From Macrostomum hystrix (lineage: Eukaryota > Animalia > Platyhelminthes), in assembly GCA_950097015.1 (NCBI GenBank), contig CATNEN010000038.1:26350001-26414000 (forward strand): a stretch of DNA of 64,000 nucleotides, given 5' to 3'. Every line of letters starts with the position of its first letter. Within the stretch, counting starts at the first letter, position 1. Positions 58,350 through 64,000 of this stretch are shown in pieces. Under the pieces are notes generated by a model. It was given only the letters and a program-made list of their open reading frames with translations, had not been told where the DNA came from and searched no databases. Position numbers and translations under genes: made by a program.

Positions 58350-60035
58350 TAGGATAATTTATGGGATCTATGAGGATTATGGTGAAATATGAGATAGTTA
58401 ATAGGATCATTGAAGATTATAGTGGAATGTGTGGGATAATTGATGGGTCAATGAGGATTATAGTGGAATGTGTGGGATAATTGATGGGATCATTGAAGAT
58501 TATAGTGGAATGTGTGGGATAATTGATGGGATCAATGAGGATTTTAGTGGAATGTGTGGGATAATTGATGGGATCAATGTGGGTTATAGTGGAATGTGTG
58601 GGATAATTGATGGGATCTATGAGGATTATAGTGGAATGTGTGGGATAATTGATGGGATCAATGAGGATTATAGTGGAATGTGTGGGATAATCGATGGGAT
58701 CTATGAGGATTATAGTGGAATGTGTGGGATAATTGATAGGATCTATGAGGATTATAGTGGAATGTGTAGGATAATTGATGGGATCAATGAGGATTATAGT
58801 GGAATGTGTGGGATAATTGATGGGATCAATGTGGGTTATAGTGGAATGTGTGGGATAATTGATGGGATCAATGAGGATTATAGTGGAATGTGTGGGATAA
58901 TTGATGGGATCTATGAGGATTATAGTAGAATGTGTAGGATAATTGATGGGATCAATGAGGATTATAGTGGAATGTGTGGGATAATTGATAGGATCTATGA
59001 GGATTATAGTGGAATGTGTAGGATAATTGATGGGATCAATGAGGATTATAGTGGAATGTGTGGGATAATTGATGGGATCAATGAGGATTATAGTGGAATG
59101 TGTAGGATAATTGATGGGATCAATGAGGATTATAGTGGAATGTATAGGATAATTGATGGGATCAATGAGGATTATAGTGGAATGTGTAGGATAATTGATG
59201 GGATCAATGAGGAATATAGTGGAATGTGTAGGATAATTGATGGGATCAATGAGGATTATAGTGGAATGTGTAGGATAATTGATGGTATCTATGAGGATTA
59301 TAGTGGAATGTGTAGGATAATTGATGGGATCAATGAGGATTATAGTGGAATGTGTGGGATAATTGATGGGATCAATGAGGGTTATAGTGGAATGTGTGGG
59401 ATAATTGATGGGATCTATGAGCATTATAGTGGAATGTGTGGGATAATTGATGGGATCAATGTGGGTTATAGTGGAATGTGTGGGATAATTGATGGGATCT
59501 ATGAGGATTATAGTGGAATGTGTGTGATAATTGATGGGATCTATGAGGGTTATAGTGGAATGTGTGGGATAATTGATGGGATCTATGAGGATTATAGTGG
59601 AATGTGTGGGATAATTGATGGGATCAATGTGGGTTATAGTGGAATGTGTGGGATAATTGATGGGATCTATGAGGATTATAGTGGAATGTGTGGGATAATT
59701 GATGGGATCAATGAGGATTATAGTGGAATGTGTGGGATAATTGATGGGATCTATGAGGATTATAGTGGAATGTGTAGGATAATTTATGGGATCTATGAGG
59801 ATTATAGTGGAATGTATAGGATAATTGATGGGATCTATGAGGATTATAGTGGAATGTGTGGGATAATTGATGGGATCAATGTGGGTTATAGTGGAATGTG
59901 TGGGATAATTGATGGGATCAATGAGGATTTTAGTGGAATGTGTGGGATAATTGATGGGATCAATGGGGATTATAGTGGAATGTGTGGGATAATTGATGGG
60001 ATCAGTGGGGATTTCAGTGGATCCATGTGGGATAA
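58350..60035. repeat. 42-bp minisatellite, about 39 copies, directly upstream of PGGT1B
   Basis: Unit GAGGATTATAGTGGAATGTGTGGGATAATTGATGGGATCAAT; source of the spurious 558-aa and 335-aa ORFs. Confidence 0.97.
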
Positions 60036-60103
60036 TTCTGATTCAGAATTTTCAAATCCCAACCATCAGCAATATTTCCCCCGCCCAGTTCCAGTATCCG
60101 GGC

Positions 60104-63100
60104 ATGTCCAGTCCATCCAGCGGAGATGCCAGCTCCAGCGATGAAGATGGTCGATCACCTCGACGCCAGCAGCAGCCGTCGACTTTGCCCGACATGGAGG
60201 CGATGTCGGCCCGTCTAGCCAAGTACTGCCAGCGAGTTCTCGCCTGCCTGCCATCTCACTGCAGCGGCTACGACCAGAATAGGCTGGTGTTCGCCTGGTT
60301 CGCCATCTCCACCATGGACTTGCTTGACCGAACCCAGGAGCTCGACAGGTTCGGCGGCCTCACGTCTTTACTCATGCTGCTAATCTCACTCCAACCTGAA
60401 TCTCACCTGAATCTCACCTGAATCTCTTCTGAATCTCACCTGAATCCCATCTGAATCTCATCTGTATCTCATCTGTATCTCACCTGAATCCCATCTAAAC
60501 CTCACCTGAATCCCATCTAAACCTCACCTGAATCTTTCCTGAATCTCACCTGAATCTTACTTGAATCTTACCTAAAACTTACTTGAATCTTACCTGAATA
60601 TCATCTAAATCTTACCACTTTCTCATCTTTTAAATTTGTCTTAATCTCAAATTTTCTTTTCACCTCAAATTCGCTTGCTAATCTTATCTAAATCGCCCCT
60701 TTTTATTTCACCTTAATCTCAATTGAATCGCATCTAAAATCTCATCTAAATCTCACCTGAATCTTACCTGAATCCCATCTGAATCTCAACTGAATCTCAA
60801 CTGAATCTCAACTGAATCTCACCTGAATCTCACCTGAATCTCATCTGAATCCCATCTGAATCTCACCTGAATCTCACCTGAATCTCACCAACTCAGGCAG
60901 GCCATCATTGACTGGGTCTACAGTCAGCAGATACTGCCCGGCCCCGGTAGAACCACTGAGCGATGCGGCTTCCGCGGAGCGCCTCTCATTGGCTGCCCCT
61001 CGGATCCGACAGTCGACTGTTCGCAGCCGCTGCCCTACGACAGCAGCCACCTGACTATGGTCTTTGCCGGCCTGGGCATCCTGCTCATGCTGGGCGATGA
61101 TCTCAAACAAGTCAATAGGGAGGCCGTCCTAGACGGTGTGGCTTCTTTGCAGACGGCTAACGGCTGTTTCACCGCCGGACACTTTGCACCGGAGAGCGAC
61201 CTGCGCTTCGTCTTCTCAGCCTGCGTTAGCTGCTACTATCTCAATGATTTTAGCCGCATTGATGTGGACAGAGCGGTGAGTAATGCTGGATTAGCTTTAT
61301 CCCATTCTGCCTTGTGTTATCCCATTCTGTCTAGTCTTTATCCCACTCTGTTAGTTTTATCCCATCTGTCTAGTTTTAATCCCGTTCTGTCTAGTCTTTA
61401 TCCCATCCTGTTAGTTTTATCCCATCTGTCTAGTTTTAATCCCGTTCTGTCTAGTCTTTATCCCATTCTGTCTAGTCTTTATCCCATTCTGTTAGTTTTA
61501 TCCCATCTGTCTAGTTTTAATCCCGTTCTGTCTAGTCTTTATCCCATTCTGTCTAGTCTTTATCCCATTCTGTTAGTTTTATCCCATCTGTCTAGTTTTA
61601 ATCCCGTTCTGTCTAGTCTTTATCCCATTCTGTCTAGTCTTTATCCCATTCTGTCTAGTCTTTATCCCATTCTGTCTAGTTTTAATCCCATTCTGTCTAG
61701 TATTTATCCCATTCTGTCTAGTTTTAATCCCATTCTGTCTAGTCTTTATCCCATTCTGTCTAGTTTTAATCCCATTCTGTCTAGTCTTTATCCCATTCTG
61801 TCTAGTTTTAATCCTATTCTGTCTAGTATTTATCCCATTCTGTCTAGTTTTATCCCATTCTGTCTAGTTTTATCCCACTCTGATTAGTTTTATCCCATCT
61901 GTCTAGTTTTAATCCCGGTCTGTCTTGTCTATATCCCATTTTTTCTAGTGCTTATCCCACTCTGTTAGTTGTATCCCATTCTGTCTTTTAATTTCCTGTG
62001 GGAGTTTGAGTCGTTTAGTGATTCGAATCTCAACCAAAACCGAGACAATATTTTGTCGTATTTTATATCTTAGATATTCTGGTGTTATTTAAAAGTACTT
62101 TTTGCGTAACGAACTCTTTAAAAATCTGCCTGTCATTCTCTTAGGTAGGTGTGATCTACTAGGCGAGCTGTGAATTCTCTTATCTATTTCTGTGCGATGA
62201 CTCACGCAGACTCACTCTTAATTCGTCAGCCGATTTTGTTACTTGTTCGCATTCGTCTACTATGAGTAGAAATGAAAGAAAATTATTTTCCTGTTGAATT
62301 ACTGTGGCAGGTGGCCTTTCTGCTGGCCTGCCAAACCTACGAGGGCGGCTTCGGCCAGCGGCCTGGCTCCGAGGCCCACGGCGGCTCCACCTTCTGCGCT
62401 GTGGCCTCCTTGAAGCTCATGGGCCGTCTTGATGTCGCCCTGCCAGCCAATGGTGCGTTGGGTTGTGTTCTCACTCAATCCTTGAATTCATCCCAATCCC
62501 TCAGTATTTATCCCATCTAAAATTTTCCCAATCCCTTAGTATTTATCCCATCTGAAATTTTCCACTTCCTCCGTATTTATCCCATCTAGAATGTTTAAAA
62601 AATTCTTCCGTATTTATCATATCTAGAATTTTCCCAATTCTTCCGTATTTACCCATCTAGAATTTTCCCAATTCTTCCGTATTTACCCATCTAGAATTTT
62701 CCCAATTCTTCCGTATTTACCCATCTAGAATTTATCTTAAGTCCGCTGTATTTATCCCATCTTTAATCTTCCTAATCCGTCTGTAAGTATCCCAGTTTTT
62801 TTAATCCGTCTGTTATTATCCCATTTTAAGTTTTCCCCAATCCCTCCGTATTTATCCCGTCTCCATCTCCGCAGGCAGTCGGCGGTGCCGCCTAATCAGA
62901 TGGCTCTGCTGGCGCCAATGCCGGGGCTTCCACGGCCGGCCCTACAAAGACGATGACTCGTGCTACACATTCTGGGTCGGCGCCACCCTGGCCTCGCTGG
63001 GCCTTGCCGAACTGATCAACCGGCCGGCCCTGCTAGGCTTCGTTGGCGAATGCTTCAACAGCCTGGAGGGCGGCTTCTCCAAGTATCCGGGCGATTCGGC

Positions 63101-63293
63101 GGATCCTTTGCACACCTACCTGGCCCTGGCTGGCCTGGCCGCGCTCCGATTGGACGACCGAAGCGGCTGTTCTGGACTCGAACCGATCCGACCCGAGGCC
63201 AACATCACGGAGCGAGCTCACCTGCACATGCTGGGACTGCACCGGACTGCTGCTGCTGCTGCTACTAGTCAATCACAGAAAGCTGTTAAATAG
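60104..63293 (+). CDS. PGGT1B: Geranylgeranyl transferase type I beta subunit
   Basis: Exons 60104-60348, 60897-61275, 62311-62452, 62875-63293; motifs IIDWVYSQQ, CGFRG, GDDLKQVNR, ESDLRFVF, EAHGGSTFCAVASL, GFHGRPYKDDDSCYTFWVGATL, DPLHTYLAL. Confidence 0.94.
60390..60890. repeat. Intronic 11-bp minisatellite (CTGAATCTCAC)
   Basis: Fills PGGT1B intron 1; degenerate in the middle. Confidence 0.9.
61295..61985. repeat. Intronic 21-bp minisatellite (TATCCCATTCTGTCTAGTCTT)
   Basis: Tandem units in PGGT1B intron 2. Confidence 0.94.
62485..62860. repeat. Intronic 34-bp degenerate minisatellite
   Basis: Unit TTCCGTATTTACCCATCTAGAATTTTCCCAATTC fills PGGT1B intron 3. Confidence 0.88.
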
Positions 63294-63374
63294 AAAATTT
63301 TGACTTTACTTTGCTACAACTCTCAAAAAATAGTCTGCCTCACGTACTTAACGGAATGAATCGGGCGAAAATTG

Positions 63375-63740
63375 CTTAATTTTCGAAACATATCGGGTAG
63401 CTACTAAAAAACGAAGGTTTTTTTAACTCTGATATCAAACTTATTTTTCGATACATATCGGGTGCATCTAACTTACATGTACCCGATTAGCTATTAAAGC
63501 AACGTGTTTTTTAGTTTAGATATCGGATTACTTTTTCTTCGATACATATCGGGTACATCTAACTATTAGCAACTAAAATACTCGTTTCTTTAGGTTTGAT
63601 ACCAAATTACTTTTTTCGACACATATCGGATACATCGATCTGATAAGAATTGGCTACTTAAATAAATGGGGTTTTGTAGTTTTGATATGGAATGATTCAT
63701 TATTTCGATACATATCGTATTCCGTGTTAATCCGATAAAA
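63375..63740. repeat. Degenerate repeat with palindromic core TTCGATACATATCGG, five copies
   Basis: Cores near 63383, 63447, 63539, 63615 and 63704. Confidence 0.7.
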
Positions 63741-64000
63741 AAACAAAGATGACCCTCTAATTGTTATTAGAAATTAAAAAATTGCCAATAGAATACAAAG
63801 CGCATTACCACTTGTCTCGTGGCTATCTTTCCAATCATTTAAGTACTCAAGAGTGGAAAGTGCATGATTTTAAGTCTATTTTATGGTCTTATTAACTTCA
63901 TGCTTTGTTTGCTTCCCTGCAGTTAGAATGCTTCTCATTTTTCTGTTACTGCTAATTGGTACCAAAATCTATCGATATTAAATGCGCATCTGCGTTTTGC

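Noticed and set aside
58417-60144. 558-aa and 335-aa repetitive ORFs
   Set aside because: Translations of a 42-bp minisatellite; the PGGT1B frame starts at 60104.

Overview
Eukaryotic (metazoan) genomic DNA with GC-rich spliced exons, AT-rich intergenic DNA and many introns packed with their own minisatellite arrays. This architecture suggests a flatworm such as Macrostomum (inference only). Host genes: beta-spectrin (minus, 13 coding exons, continues off the left edge); an apparently intronless very large inducible GTPase (GVIN1/URGCP family) split by one frameshift; an SLC22 transporter; TMEM184C; an orphan four-TM protein; PGGT1B. Region 28-42 kb is a transposon pile: a P element (128-bp TIRs, 8-bp TSD) with an in-frame internally deleted THAP transposase, a young but crippled Gypsy LTR element (CHCC gag, tRNA-iMet PBS), a Merlin MITE, two hAT-like MITEs and an old Tc1/mariner-like shell. 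Two tRNA-SINE families and Crypton tyrosine-recombinase relics also occur. Most notable signals: a candidate type I hammerhead ribozyme at 28481-28531; a SINE insertion that duplicated a spectrin splice acceptor; a repressor-like P protein; two long hairpins with shared Crypton-like architecture; and short cores shared between otherwise different minisatellites. All coordinates and translations were read by eye; no searches were run.
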